A stretch of DNA of 64,000 nt, from positions 1 through 64,000 of IMG/VR virus record IMGVR_UViG_3300049215_000529; one strand, given 5' to 3'. The notes beneath the pieces were generated by a model. The model saw nothing but the letters and a program-made list of their open reading frames with translations, had not been told where the DNA came from and made no database searches. Below, in pieces: positions 1 through 10,039 of this stretch. Positions within the stretch are counted from its first letter, which is position 1; each line of letters opens with the position of its first letter. Made by a program: the position numbers and the translations under genes.

Positions 1-383
1 ACAGTATTGATTCCATCTACATTTCCCATTAATTGGATATCTTCTTTTCTTAGAACTGCAAAGTTTGTGGAAGTGACTTGCAAGCCATCAACAATACCGG
101 CATTACGCAAAAATTGTTTCTGATCATCATTAAACTGCAACAAGTCAATATCGCTGCTTACAATTACAATATCTTGGGCAAGAATTTTATGTTGTAGCTC
201 TCCCTTCAACAAGGACGCTCTAATATCCTGTTCAGCAACTCCAGGAATTTGTAATAAATCTCTGGTTTGACCATAAGGGATTGGATAGTTGAAAATTTTA
301 ATGGTCTTAACTTGAGGAGATTGATTTAAAACTATAAATGTGCCGTTTAGTTTTAGATAGGGCGCAAATTCATCCATTCCCAT
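1..383 (-). CDS. Hypothetical protein, runs off the left edge (possibly virion-associated)
   Basis: Not in ORF track. ATG at 383 preceded by TAAGGAT; open frame MGMDEFAPYLKLNGTFIVLNQSPQVK... to the window edge. Confidence 0.7.
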   Translation of the reverse strand, partial: MGMDEFAPYLKLNGTFIVLNQSPQVKTIKIFNYPIPYGQTRDLLQIPGVAEQDIRASLLKGELQHKILAQDIVIVSSDIDLLQFNDDQKQFLRNAGIVDGLQVTSTNFAVLRKEDIQLMGNVDGINT

Positions 384-387
384 ATCC

Positions 388-1227
388 TTACTCCTTAATT
401 ATTTCTGGAACAGCACTTTTTTCAGTTGATGTCTTTATACTTTGAGACTCGGAAGAATCCACAATTTTATCTTTGATAGTAATAGTGACCGTCCTCTCGA
501 TTTCTGGACTATCTGGAGTTGCTTTCACATCAAATAGTTTAGTAGTTAAATTATCATCTGGCTGAGGTGGTTTGTAAGTTGTCATTACTTGTGCCATTGT
601 AGCTAACATTTTATCAACCATACCATCATAACTATACTTAGAAACATCTTGTGGAGTAATGATTGCGGAAGGTGATACCATTCCTTTTCTGACTAGCACT
701 TCATCTTTGCTCAAAATCACAGTACGCATTTCTTGTTCAGACATAGACATTAAATTATCTGGAGTTAGTCTGTATCTAACATACATAAGTTCTTCTAAAT
801 AACCCATGCTTGCCATAGATGGTTGAGAATCACTGAAGTCTCCATCTAACTCTTCTGTTCTCAAACCTCTGCTTACTGCAGATGCTAAAACACGAGTATA
901 GCTGTCTTGCCATTCTGGCTCTTTACCATATTCTAGCTTTAACTGATTTAACATTTTTGCTAGTTTCGAAAAAGCTGAAACTTTATTTGCCATTGCATCG
1001 GAAACAAACTTTTCACTTCTGTGATAATTTTGAAGTCCACGTCTAGGAATGTATTCAACTTCTTGATCAATACGTCTAGTATCAAAAGCTAATTTTTTGA
1101 AACCATCTTCAGAAGTTATGGCTGTTAGGATCAATTTTCTCAACTCAAACGTTTGTTTTCTAGACTGAACATTTTGCGTTCCTCTAGAAATCAAATCGTA
1201 TAGTTCTAAAATTGTGTCTAGTTTCAT
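388..1227 (-). CDS. Hypothetical protein
   Basis: 279-aa ORF, co-oriented; upstream TATAAT-N3-GCATA motif at 1261-1274. Confidence 0.6.
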   Translation of the reverse strand: MKLDTILELYDLISRGTQNVQSRKQTFELRKLILTAITSEDGFKKLAFDTRRIDQEVEYIPRRGLQNYHRSEKFVSDAMANKVSAFSKLAKMLNQLKLEYGKEPEWQDSYTRVLASAVSRGLRTEELDGDFSDSQPSMASMGYLEELMYVRYRLTPDNLMSMSEQEMRTVILSKDEVLVRKGMVSPSAIITPQDVSKYSYDGMVDKMLATMAQVMTTYKPPQPDDNLTTKLFDVKATPDSPEIERTVTITIKDKIVDSSESQSIKTSTEKSAVPEIIKE

Positions 1228-1299
1228 ATTAGTACACTTTCGCAGCTAGGTGTCATTATTTATGCGCCATTATACACTCATACCCTGTAATTACGCCCC

Positions 1300-1327
1300 T
1301 TGACTACAATTTTTTAGGATTTATGAT
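1300..1327 (+). promoter_or_regulatory. Sigma70-type promoter for the CCA-adding enzyme, probably leaderless mRNA
   Basis: TTGACT (1300-1305), 16 nt, TATGAT (1322-1327), then 6 nt to ATG 1334; no SD. Confidence 0.6.
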
Positions 1328-1333
1328 GGCGCC

Positions 1334-2569
1334 ATGTTAAATTCTAAACTTTTTCAAAATCTGATTCATCCTCAGGCTATTGAAGTATGTCGCATACTTA
1401 ACGAGGCGGGGCATCAAGCCTACCTAGTAGGTGGTTGTGTGCGCGATTTGTTCTTAGGTGTTCAACCAAAAGACTGGGATATTACAACAGATGCAAGCCC
1501 TCAAAAAGTACTGAGCCTATTTCCTAAAACATATCCTACTGGATTACAGCATGGTACTATCACAGTTGCCATGGGTGAAGGTGTTCAAAATCATTTCGAA
1601 GTGACCACATTTCGAATTGAAGGAGAATACAAAGACGGAAGACGTCCAGAAGAAGTGTTTTTCGTGATGAATGTCGAGCAAGATTTAGCAAGACGAGACT
1701 TAACCATCAATGCCATTGCTTATGATCCATTGTCACATGAAATTGTTGATCCTTATCAAGGCGTTGAAGATTTAAAACGAAAAATAATCAAAGCTGTTGG
1801 TAATCCTAAATCCAGATTTCAAGAAGATGGACTTAGAATCATGCGTGTAGCTAGATTTGCTGCACGTTTTGGTTACAGCGTAGATGGAGAAACGTTTAAA
1901 GGTATGGAAGAGAGCTTAGAAACTCTCGAAAAGGTCTCTAAAGAGAGAATTAGCGATGAATTGTGTAAGACTTTGATGACAGCTCAACCATCTTATGGTT
2001 TACAACTGCTTTTGAAGTCGGGTGCTTTAGATATTGCTTGTCCTTTGCTGGCAGGACGACAATTACCTCTGTTAGCTCATCAGGATCGTGTTAAAGGTGA
2101 GCTAGAAACTCGCCTTGCCTTCCTGTACAACAAGATTCCGGCACATGAAGTCAATGCAGAGCTGTTTAATCTAAAACTTTCTAATAAGGAAATCAAAAAG
2201 GTGGTCTTTTTATTGGAAATTTTGGAGCGGTTTGCTACTTTTCAAGCTAAAGACACGCCGTTAGCCTATAAGAGCTTTATGGCAGTCATCAAAAATCATG
2301 CTCCTGAGCCCTGGCAACAGGTACTAGAGCAATTTATAGAGTTGTCTGAAGTCCTTGGCACCCCATCTAGGGCGCTCCTCGCCAAGTACAAGACAGAAAT
2401 CGTGTATTCAAAGAAGGAAATGCAGATAAATGGAAATGATTTGATGGAAGCGGGTATTCCTGCCGGTCCTAAGTTGAAAATAGCTTTAGATGAATGCTAC
2501 AATGAAATTTTGCGTCATCCCGAACACAATACCAAGTCTTATTTGCTAGAAGTGACTAAGAAGCTTTAA
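1334..2569 (+). CDS. cca: CCA tRNA nucleotidyltransferase (class II)
   Basis: GGCVRD, DWD catalytic carboxylates, EVTTFR plus flexible loop EGEYKDGRRP, RRDLTINA, EDGLR templating motif, C-terminal INGNDLM..GIPAGP tail. Confidence 0.9.
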   Translation: MLNSKLFQNLIHPQAIEVCRILNEAGHQAYLVGGCVRDLFLGVQPKDWDITTDASPQKVLSLFPKTYPTGLQHGTITVAMGEGVQNHFEVTTFRIEGEYKDGRRPEEVFFVMNVEQDLARRDLTINAIAYDPLSHEIVDPYQGVEDLKRKIIKAVGNPKSRFQEDGLRIMRVARFAARFGYSVDGETFKGMEESLETLEKVSKERISDELCKTLMTAQPSYGLQLLLKSGALDIACPLLAGRQLPLLAHQDRVKGELETRLAFLYNKIPAHEVNAELFNLKLSNKEIKKVVFLLEILERFATFQAKDTPLAYKSFMAVIKNHAPEPWQQVLEQFIELSEVLGTPSRALLAKYKTEIVYSKKEMQINGNDLMEAGIPAGPKLKIALDECYNEILRHPEHNTKSYLLEVTKKL

Positions 2570-3132
2570 TTATCTTCTCTGTTCTTTTGAGCTTCATCAT
2601 CTAGTTTTTTGTACATCTTGTTATGAATTTTGCGCAAGAACTTTTTTTGGTGATCTGACATTTTGTCACGATCTTTTTCATTGCGAAACTTCTCATAAAT
2701 CTGATGTAGAAATTCTTTGTATGGCTTGAATTCAAGTGGTATCAATTGCAATTCGAAATTAGTGCCATCAAAATTTAAATCTACATGAACTATTCCATGA
2801 TAGTCTAATCCATGTTCTGGTGAACGACGTTTATTGTTGTCAATATCTTTGATTGACTTACCAAATAGCTTTTTCAAGATACCAACAATATCATTGGCAT
2901 TAAATCCTGGAGAATAGAAAATGCGACCTCTGATTAGGTCAGATAATTCTTCTGGGTTCCTAATATCATCCGTTTCCATTTTACGTTTGATACTAGTGTA
3001 TGGCTTTACATTGGTTTCCAATATAAAATCATCTGGCGGCAAATCGGCCAGTTGAGTAGTAACGTGCTCCATAACTTTTCTTAGCTTGGGCTGGAGCTTC
3101 ATATATTCTTTGCGAAGTTTCTTAGGATCCAT
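2566..3132 (-). CDS. RelA/SpoT-family small alarmone synthetase-like nucleotidyltransferase (degenerate motifs)
   Basis: VKPYTSIKRK, DLIRGR, DYHGIVH, FELQL, H-x-x-YE in SAS order. Confidence 0.7.
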   Translation of the reverse strand: MDPKKLRKEYMKLQPKLRKVMEHVTTQLADLPPDDFILETNVKPYTSIKRKMETDDIRNPEELSDLIRGRIFYSPGFNANDIVGILKKLFGKSIKDIDNNKRRSPEHGLDYHGIVHVDLNFDGTNFELQLIPLEFKPYKEFLHQIYEKFRNEKDRDKMSDHQKKFLRKIHNKMYKKLDDEAQKNREDN

Positions 3133-3149
3133 ATTAGTATGCTAGAAAA

Positions 3150-4031
3150 TTATTTGTTTTGCTCTCGAAGGTTTTCGTATCGATTGAGGAAATTAAGATA
3201 CAAATTATGTTTCCTTTGTAAATGGATAGTGGCATCTTTATAAAGCCAATCCAAAAAAATTTTGCATTGGTGATAGTTTTTAACTCTAATTTCGCACATA
3301 ATATCAATATCTTGTTTATGTGCTTTAACCAAATAGGATTTGAGCCCCAACTCTTCCTCAAAATAGTTTTTTAGAAAATCATTAACTTGACGGGTGCAAA
3401 TTAATCCTATATTAGGACTATCTCGATTGTTATTAGGTAGATAAATCCAACCATCTCCATCAATTAACCCTCGAATGAAGTGGCGATACATGGATTTGTC
3501 TAGCCATTCTGGGAAAACTATTTTGTACAACTTATTCTCAACAACGCCAAGTGTTGCGAGATGTTGGCTCATATGTTTGCTATAAAGGTTAAGCCACACA
3601 TAGTGGAATGTCTCGCCCTTATCATTCTTACGCACATTATACTTGAGTATCTCTTCACCATAGAAGATGTGCGACATTTTTTTCAGTATTTCTTCATCCC
3701 TCTTCGCTAAATGAATAGATATCCTATTGGTGCGAAATAAATTGTTACCATCCGCATAAATAAAACCTAGGATATACGCCTTCTCTTCAGTATCGATGAT
3801 ATCGAAGTAATGCTCGTTGAGATTGTATTTGCGAGTATAAGAAAATCCCCTCCTAGACTCAACGTGGTTATTCTTAAATAACCTGGTTAGTGCTTTACGG
3901 TGAATATCGAGTTGCTGTCCAATTTTTGTCATAGACACGCCTTCCTGATAGAGACGATTAATCTCGTCAATTTTGGCGTCAATGAGAACATTATTCTTGG
4001 TGTTTCGTTGTTTGATGGATGTTAGGCTCAT
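3150..4031 (-). CDS. Free-standing LAGLIDADG homing endonuclease with N-terminal HTH
   Basis: Two motifs, AYILGFIYADG and HFIRGLIDGDG; likely start ATG 4031 (track start 4073). Confidence 0.85.
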   Translation of the reverse strand: MSLTSIKQRNTKNNVLIDAKIDEINRLYQEGVSMTKIGQQLDIHRKALTRLFKNNHVESRRGFSYTRKYNLNEHYFDIIDTEEKAYILGFIYADGNNLFRTNRISIHLAKRDEEILKKMSHIFYGEEILKYNVRKNDKGETFHYVWLNLYSKHMSQHLATLGVVENKLYKIVFPEWLDKSMYRHFIRGLIDGDGWIYLPNNNRDSPNIGLICTRQVNDFLKNYFEEELGLKSYLVKAHKQDIDIMCEIRVKNYHQCKIFLDWLYKDATIHLQRKHNLYLNFLNRYENLREQNK

Positions 4032-4075
4032 AATTATAGTCCAGATTATGCATATACACCTGCTATATAACAACG

Positions 4076-4101
4076 AAAAAGCTACCTTTCGGTAGCTTTT
4101 T
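4076..4101 (-). terminator. Intrinsic terminator after the major capsid gene
   Basis: Minus strand AAAAAGCTACC-GAAA-GGTAGCTTTTT. Confidence 0.85.
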
Positions 4102-4145
4102 CAAATTTCAGTTAGTCATCGCTAACTAGTGAGGATCACTTAAGA

Positions 4146-5159
4146 TCATGCACCAATTACGACCGATTTTCTGCCCGCTGCACAACCACGAGGGTTCACA
4201 ATTGCTATACCAATTATTTCGCTTACTACCCAGCCCAACTTTAGTTGCTTTGGTTCGTCTGCTGGAAGAACTTCGATGTCCTGGCGGATTGGCATAACAC
4301 CAACGAACTCAGGATCTGCAGCACCATAGATGGTTCCAGGTGGAACGATCTTAGATACCATGATGTCAGTACCCCAGATGTGGGCGTAAAGACCAGTTTG
4401 TAGAACTTCACGCATGGTGACAGGATCGAAATCTCCGCCGCCTACGCCTTGTCCACCGCCTGAACCCCACTTAAGGATATCAGTGAACTCGTTGATGTTC
4501 ATGAAGTACTTGGTGGTTACCAAGTCCCAACGATCAATCTGTTGCTTGATTTCGACAAGATCTCTCTTTAGAAGACCTGCGTCTGCGATATCGGTTAGGA
4601 CGTTTTCGACAGAAGCTGCTGCATCAAGAGCTGCGAAGATGTTTGCATCTTCTTGAGCCATGATTTCTTGACGAGCCTTCTGAACGGAACGGTCGATAAC
4701 GTTGAATCTACGACGCTTGACTTCAGCGATACGGACGGTTGGGTTTGCGTAAATTTCGAATTCAGGAACGACTACACGGTCACCGAATACTCTGGATTCT
4801 GGACCAGCACCGTTGGAGGAGATGACAACTGCGGCAACATCGATATCTCTATCGTAAGTTGGCATAGCACCTTGTGGAAGAGGATCGACAACCAAGGCAC
4901 GACGTGCGATACCGTGGTAATCAAGGTTTCTACGGATTGGGTTTGCCATTGCCTGAGCAAGAGCAATCTTTCCGTCTTGGGTCATAATAGCGCGGGAGAT
5001 TAGCTCATCACGCTTTTCGTCGCTCAAGGATGGTTGACCAGCAAGACCCATGTTAGCTGGAGTGTTCTCTTCAAGAACTGCTGCGTACTTAACTAGAGTC
5101 TGTAGTGCATCCTTAAGGGATGAGGCATTCATTGCGCCTTGGTTGTTGAACATATTCAT
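4146..5159 (-). CDS. Major capsid protein (HK97 fold)
   Basis: 337 aa; HK97-like pattern (IARRALVVDPLPQG; FEIYANP; AQEDANIFAALDAA); strong codon bias, AGGAG SD, terminator behind it; downstream of protease and decoration genes. Confidence 0.85.
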   Translation of the reverse strand: MNMFNNQGAMNASSLKDALQTLVKYAAVLEENTPANMGLAGQPSLSDEKRDELISRAIMTQDGKIALAQAMANPIRRNLDYHGIARRALVVDPLPQGAMPTYDRDIDVAAVVISSNGAGPESRVFGDRVVVPEFEIYANPTVRIAEVKRRRFNVIDRSVQKARQEIMAQEDANIFAALDAAASVENVLTDIADAGLLKRDLVEIKQQIDRWDLVTTKYFMNINEFTDILKWGSGGGQGVGGGDFDPVTMREVLQTGLYAHIWGTDIMVSKIVPPGTIYGAADPEFVGVMPIRQDIEVLPADEPKQLKLGWVVSEIIGIAIVNPRGCAAGRKSVVIGA

Positions 5160-5299
5160 AAACGTTCTCCTAATAGAATTATTTGCCAGTTTTACCAGCT
5201 GAAAGTTACTTACGTAAAAGGTGAGCGGTTCCTTTTAAGGGGATTCGAGACATCACGTCTCACCCAGCCACCCGGCTAGGCTTAGTTTAATTCACTAGA

Positions 5300-6010
5300 T
5301 TATAGTGATGGAGGGCTGAACCAGAAGGTTGCGAATGCAAACTGACGAGGGCCAACTGAGCTAACGTTACCAGATGGGCTGTTTAGAGCTGCAACTAGTC
5401 TGTTAGGGGTGGTTACTAGAGAACCGTTGGACTCGAAGTCAACGAAACGTGCTACTGCTGGAGCGCCACCTACTGCTGCTGGAGAACCAACTGGGGTTAG
5501 AAGACCAGTAGAGGTGTAGGTTAGCTGAGTTCCAACGTCCAAAGTGGTGTTGGTTGGTTGCAAGCCGGTAGAAGTTGCGGTATCGCATGCATCAAGAGAT
5601 ACTGCGTACAAGCCTGGCTTGTCCCAGCAAGTTACCTTGCCAGAGCCGGTTGCGGTGTGAGGTCCTAGAAGAGCAGTGGAAGGAATGGAAGATGCTGGTC
5701 CGTATGAGGTTTGTCCAACAACACCACCTACGACAGAGCCGAATAGGGTTCCATATCCAGTGATACCTTCATCTGCAAGGAACAATGGGCGGGAAGTGCT
5801 CAAAAGGTTAGAGTGAGTTACTACTGGACGCTTTTGAACGCCTGATGGGTTAACATAACCGTCAAGAGAGTCAGCAGCTGACTTGTCACCTGGAACAGGG
5901 ACAGAAATCAAAGTAACGATTTCGCCACCCTTTAGGGTCAAGTAATCGCTATCATAACCATCAAATTGTCCAAGTGGTTGTGTACCTGGTTGTAGAAGTT
6001 TTAAAGACAT
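5300..6010 (-). CDS. Putative capsid decoration/cement protein
   Basis: Directly upstream of MCP; Gly/Thr/Pro-rich; GSGKVTCW motif shared with 13143-13832. Confidence 0.55.
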   Translation of the reverse strand: MSLKLLQPGTQPLGQFDGYDSDYLTLKGGEIVTLISVPVPGDKSAADSLDGYVNPSGVQKRPVVTHSNLLSTSRPLFLADEGITGYGTLFGSVVGGVVGQTSYGPASSIPSTALLGPHTATGSGKVTCWDKPGLYAVSLDACDTATSTGLQPTNTTLDVGTQLTYTSTGLLTPVGSPAAVGGAPAVARFVDFESNGSLVTTPNRLVAALNSPSGNVSSVGPRQFAFATFWFSPPSL

Positions 6011-6150
6011 TTTATTATCCTGTGAATCTTAAATGCCGTTTAGCGGCATAGTTACTTACACCTTAACTTACAAAATCTAGAGAACATATTTTCTTATTGA
6101 TAGAAAATTATGGTCTTATGAACAAAATACAAGCCTATGCCCATATTTGT

Positions 6151-7410
6151 TTATATTAGTCCGATTTCTCCTAGTTGTTTTTCTAGGTCTTCGGCTCCTT
6201 GATCAATCTGCTCTTTGGATGTAGGTGGTTTTCCAGTAGTTGAGGCTGTGCCGCCCTCTTCCTCTGAACCAAACATTTCCTGGCTCTTATAAGATGCCTC
6301 AGTAAGATCCTTGGTAAGAGAATCTTCATGTGATTTCGCCTCTTTGAGTGCTTTATTGATATTTTGCATATCACCCATAAAGGTCTTAAGGGCATGAGCA
6401 ACATCGTCAAAATCGTCTGCTACCAATCCCTTGCCACCATGAAGAAATGGATCGACAACCTTCATTGCCCAACCCTTTTCTACAATCTGTCTTTGCTTGT
6501 AGCTTGGGTTATCAAAATCTTGTTCAATCTTCTGGAAATATGGAAGAATTTTGTCGGTAGCGCTACGGAAAGATTTATATGCATTAACAATTGCGTTTGT
6601 TTCTGGCTTCTTGATAGCTTCTAGCAATTCACCAGCATCTTTTGGTTTTTCTAGCTGATCAATATATGGCTCAATTGACTTATACAAATTATAGTAACCG
6701 GCTAGTTTGTTCTTGAAATTTTGCATCTCTTGAATAAACTCTGGTCTATAATTGTAGCCCGCACCAACACTAGTCTGAATTGAATCGTTTGATTCAATCA
6801 AATCGTCAATTTCGGCAACTAATTTTTGATAGTCTTGCTCGAAACCATCACTAAAAAATGCCATATGATTCTTGAGATAAATTCCGCCAATAAGGGCGGC
6901 AGCTGCTGCAACACCAGCAATAACTAAAGGAGCAACAGCTGTCTTAGTAAGTGGCTGGCTAGCTTGTAGTAAGCACAAGTCAGCTAATGCCATTAACTTA
7001 TCTTGATTCTTGTTATCTAAATCGTTAGCGACTCTAACCAAAGACAGCACCAATTCCTGAGCGTATTTGCGCTGCGTAGATAAACCATCTGGAGTTTTCA
7101 TTACGATATGAATATTGATGTTCTGGCGCTCGTTTTCGTTCTCTACTAAACCATTAAGTTTGTCGTAGGAAGGTAAAATAACCACAGAGTTTGGATGAGC
7201 GTCTTCCATAATATTGTGCTCATATTCCATGTCTTTAGGAGTGTTTGGTTTTACGCCATACAGAGCTTCGATAGCAGAAATGTCTAATGAATCGGCTCGA
7301 TGAGTTTTCTCTAATTTCTTCTTAGAATCCTCAGAATCGTTCGAGATCATTCCCTTTTCTTGGGCTATTTTGACAAAACTGTCGAAGACGTCGCTTTTCA
7401 TATTATTCAT
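6151..7410 (-). CDS. Putative internal head protein with a hydrophobic segment
   Basis: KxA motifs; hydrophobic VAPLVIAGVAAAAALIGGIYL; N-terminal region similar to 11041-12195. Confidence 0.5.
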   Translation of the reverse strand: MNNMKSDVFDSFVKIAQEKGMISNDSEDSKKKLEKTHRADSLDISAIEALYGVKPNTPKDMEYEHNIMEDAHPNSVVILPSYDKLNGLVENENERQNINIHIVMKTPDGLSTQRKYAQELVLSLVRVANDLDNKNQDKLMALADLCLLQASQPLTKTAVAPLVIAGVAAAAALIGGIYLKNHMAFFSDGFEQDYQKLVAEIDDLIESNDSIQTSVGAGYNYRPEFIQEMQNFKNKLAGYYNLYKSIEPYIDQLEKPKDAGELLEAIKKPETNAIVNAYKSFRSATDKILPYFQKIEQDFDNPSYKQRQIVEKGWAMKVVDPFLHGGKGLVADDFDDVAHALKTFMGDMQNINKALKEAKSHEDSLTKDLTEASYKSQEMFGSEEEGGTASTTGKPPTSKEQIDQGAEDLEKQLGEIGLI

Positions 7411-7428
7411 ACCTTATAATGTATAGGT

Positions 7429-8541
7429 TTATGGAGCCTTTGCCGCCACATCATCGATAAAATGGTCTACTATTTTTTTCTTAGAAGTAAACATTCTAGG
7501 AATGAAAACTATAGGTCCACCAGCAGATGTATGGTTATACCAATCAATAGCATCCGTAATAGCTTGAAATCCTGCCGTACTTCTGATATTAGACTCTTGA
7601 CCATCTAATCCACCGTAAACTTCTTTTGCAAAGTTAACCAGCATATTCTCAACGCTTTCTTTATTATTTGGAATATTTTCTATCCAATTATTATCAGTAC
7701 CATTAAAATTCTCTTCATGATAAGATGGGTTGAGTGGGAACTTAGTTTGCTTGGCAGTTATGGTTGGTGCGGTTGTAGTTGGAGCAGAAGTTTGTGCAAC
7801 TGGTTTTCCTTTTTGCATAGTATTGTCTAATGCGTTTGGTCTGCCCAATAAATGATTAATCATGTCACCAGCTACCATGAACCCAGCAGATGCTAACAAT
7901 ACTTTGAAAATTAGCCCTAGAACTCTAGACAAAATACTGCTCGTCGCGCTCTTTTTAACTGAGTACCTGGAGAATATAGATCCCAGATTCATGCCTCGAC
8001 GTTGTTGACCACTTTTCAACAACTGATCGTACTCATTCAAAGCTAATTTTAAATGCTTCGCTTCTCTAATAAGAACATATGACTTTGATTCTAATTCCTT
8101 TTGAGCTTCGGCTGCCTCTTCCTCAGTAGCTGGCTTTGCATGTTCTTGTACCGAGCTGGAAACCATTTCATCTACTTGTGAAGAGGATAGTGGTTTCCCC
8201 AATCCGATAGCGCTCTTAACTTTTTCATAAATGGATTTTAAAATTCCGAAAACATCGATATGGAAAACGGCTGCTGCTAAGCTTAACAGCGCAGTAAACC
8301 ACCATGGCAACCCAATCATTCTAAGTGTTGTGAATATTAGACCAGGTGCCAATAGTTTTAACAAACTATTGGTCTTATCATTTGGATCGATTGAGTTATC
8401 AGCGTATTGCTTTACCTTACCAACAAGATCTGACATAACGCCGCCAGTTTGGGCACTTTTAGATAGACCATCACCATATGCTAGTGCCTCCACTATCATT
8501 ATGTCTACATACAAACTGATGCGGTCTTGTGCATGACTCAT
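7429..8541 (-). CDS. Putative internal virion protein with 2-3 hydrophobic segments
   Basis: LLAPGLIFTTLRMIGLPWWFTALLSLAAAVF and VLGLIFKVLLASAGFMVAG; SKSAQ motif. Confidence 0.5.
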   Translation of the reverse strand: MSHAQDRISLYVDIMIVEALAYGDGLSKSAQTGGVMSDLVGKVKQYADNSIDPNDKTNSLLKLLAPGLIFTTLRMIGLPWWFTALLSLAAAVFHIDVFGILKSIYEKVKSAIGLGKPLSSSQVDEMVSSSVQEHAKPATEEEAAEAQKELESKSYVLIREAKHLKLALNEYDQLLKSGQQRRGMNLGSIFSRYSVKKSATSSILSRVLGLIFKVLLASAGFMVAGDMINHLLGRPNALDNTMQKGKPVAQTSAPTTTAPTITAKQTKFPLNPSYHEENFNGTDNNWIENIPNNKESVENMLVNFAKEVYGGLDGQESNIRSTAGFQAITDAIDWYNHTSAGGPIVFIPRMFTSKKKIVDHFIDDVAAKAP

Positions 8542-10031
8542 TTTACGTTAACTGCCTGTCTAAGATTTTGCAAGTCGCCAGAGTTTCTTGTGTATATAGA
8601 ACGATCATTTGGTGTTCTTCCAATTTGACCTAATACATAAGCCTTTTGGTTATCATCTAACTGACCAACATAGGTTGCATAAAATGCCTCTACAACGCTA
8701 CGCGTGGTATCAAGAATATCATTTAGTTCATCCAATGCTGGCATGAATTGCTTACCAGGATCTTTAAGCATGCTGAAAAATTGACGAGGATACATACCAA
8801 GAGGAATTATTTTTTCGCCCTGACGCATATAGGTCGAACTAAATCTTCTCATAGAACCATCAGTTGATCCTATTTGTTGCATTGCGGTGCCATTGTTGCT
8901 CATAATTTGCTGTACTAATCCAAAGAAGCTATCAATTCTGTCGAAATTGATATCTCTAATGGAAAACGGCAAAGTACTAATGATGTTGTTCAGAATTTGT
9001 GGGGACACCTTTTGGGCACCGGCGCCTGCCTGTTGTGTTTGCTTGTCTTTCCCGGCTGGAGCTGTTGTGGTTGTTCCTGCTGCTAGTGAACAAGCTTTTC
9101 CATCAGGTCCCTGCAATGTTGGAGCCACTTCAGTAATTTTCTTAACGAAAGCAGTGTATTTTTTCTCCAACTCTGGGGTGGTAGCCTTGGTTCTTAGCAA
9201 CCATTGTGCCTTAGCATATAATGTTCTTGCAACTACACAGAAGTCGAATTGCGGATGATTGATTCCCAATGGTCCGCCCTCACGTCCAGGAATCTCAACG
9301 GAAATACCATTATTATTCACCCAAGCTTTGATTCCAGCAGCAGTAGAGACGTCTCCAAAAGTTAGAACCTTATCTCCATCTTTGTTGTAATACTTGTAAT
9401 CTAGAACTTGTGGAAAATTAGTCAAAACTTCATTAGCTGGCAACGTTTTTTCTGGTGGAGTGTACTTCTCACTTAAACCAGATTCTAATTGAGTGTTGGC
9501 TTGCTGAATAATTTTGCGCAACTGCACATCCATAACTGGATTTGGTCTAGCTGCCAACTGAGCCTGCAAAGACTGAATGTACTTATTAAGTAGGTCTTTG
9601 TTTACGTAAAATCCTCTGGTAACACGACTTCTATCCTCTACTTCCAACAAGCCAGCGTTTGGCTCTAGTTGATAAAGTTGATAGTCTTCGCTATTTGGAT
9701 CTTCAGCCAAGTCATAAGCAACTCTCTGACCATCTACGGTTATCTTGTTTTGCATCAAGAAATCTGTTAGCGCACCAAGTCCCTCTAGATTGACTACAGT
9801 CAACTGTGGATCGCCTTCATTGAATCCCTTTTCATGAGAAATTTCGGCTGGAGCATTTGGATCTTTGGTACCAGGAATTTGATCTGCCAAACTATCTAGT
9901 AGCGATCTCAAAGTAACAAGAGATTGGTTGTCAGGCGCAGCTTGACCCTTCTTTGAGAATTTGTTCTCAAAGTCCTCAGCATGTTTGACTAGTTGGTCGA
10001 TTAATTTTTGGTCATCATAAATGATAGACAT
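8538..10031 (-). CDS. Hypothetical protein (putative internal virion protein)
   Basis: 497-aa ORF, ATGA overlap with the next gene. Confidence 0.5.
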   Translation of the reverse strand: MSIIYDDQKLIDQLVKHAEDFENKFSKKGQAAPDNQSLVTLRSLLDSLADQIPGTKDPNAPAEISHEKGFNEGDPQLTVVNLEGLGALTDFLMQNKITVDGQRVAYDLAEDPNSEDYQLYQLEPNAGLLEVEDRSRVTRGFYVNKDLLNKYIQSLQAQLAARPNPVMDVQLRKIIQQANTQLESGLSEKYTPPEKTLPANEVLTNFPQVLDYKYYNKDGDKVLTFGDVSTAAGIKAWVNNNGISVEIPGREGGPLGINHPQFDFCVVARTLYAKAQWLLRTKATTPELEKKYTAFVKKITEVAPTLQGPDGKACSLAAGTTTTAPAGKDKQTQQAGAGAQKVSPQILNNIISTLPFSIRDINFDRIDSFFGLVQQIMSNNGTAMQQIGSTDGSMRRFSSTYMRQGEKIIPLGMYPRQFFSMLKDPGKQFMPALDELNDILDTTRSVVEAFYATYVGQLDDNQKAYVLGQIGRTPNDRSIYTRNSGDLQNLRQAVNVK

Positions 10032-10039
10032 CGTATTCC

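Noticed and set aside
3150-4145. Group I intron or intein around the LAGLIDADG gene
   Set aside because: MCP ends with its own stop and terminator, the downstream gene is complete, and I saw no intron core or intein splice motifs.
5240-5270. Hammerhead-like look in the MCP leader (CUGGGUGAG...CUCGAAU)
   Set aside because: Core does not match CUGANGA/GAAA; kept only as a generic structured leader.
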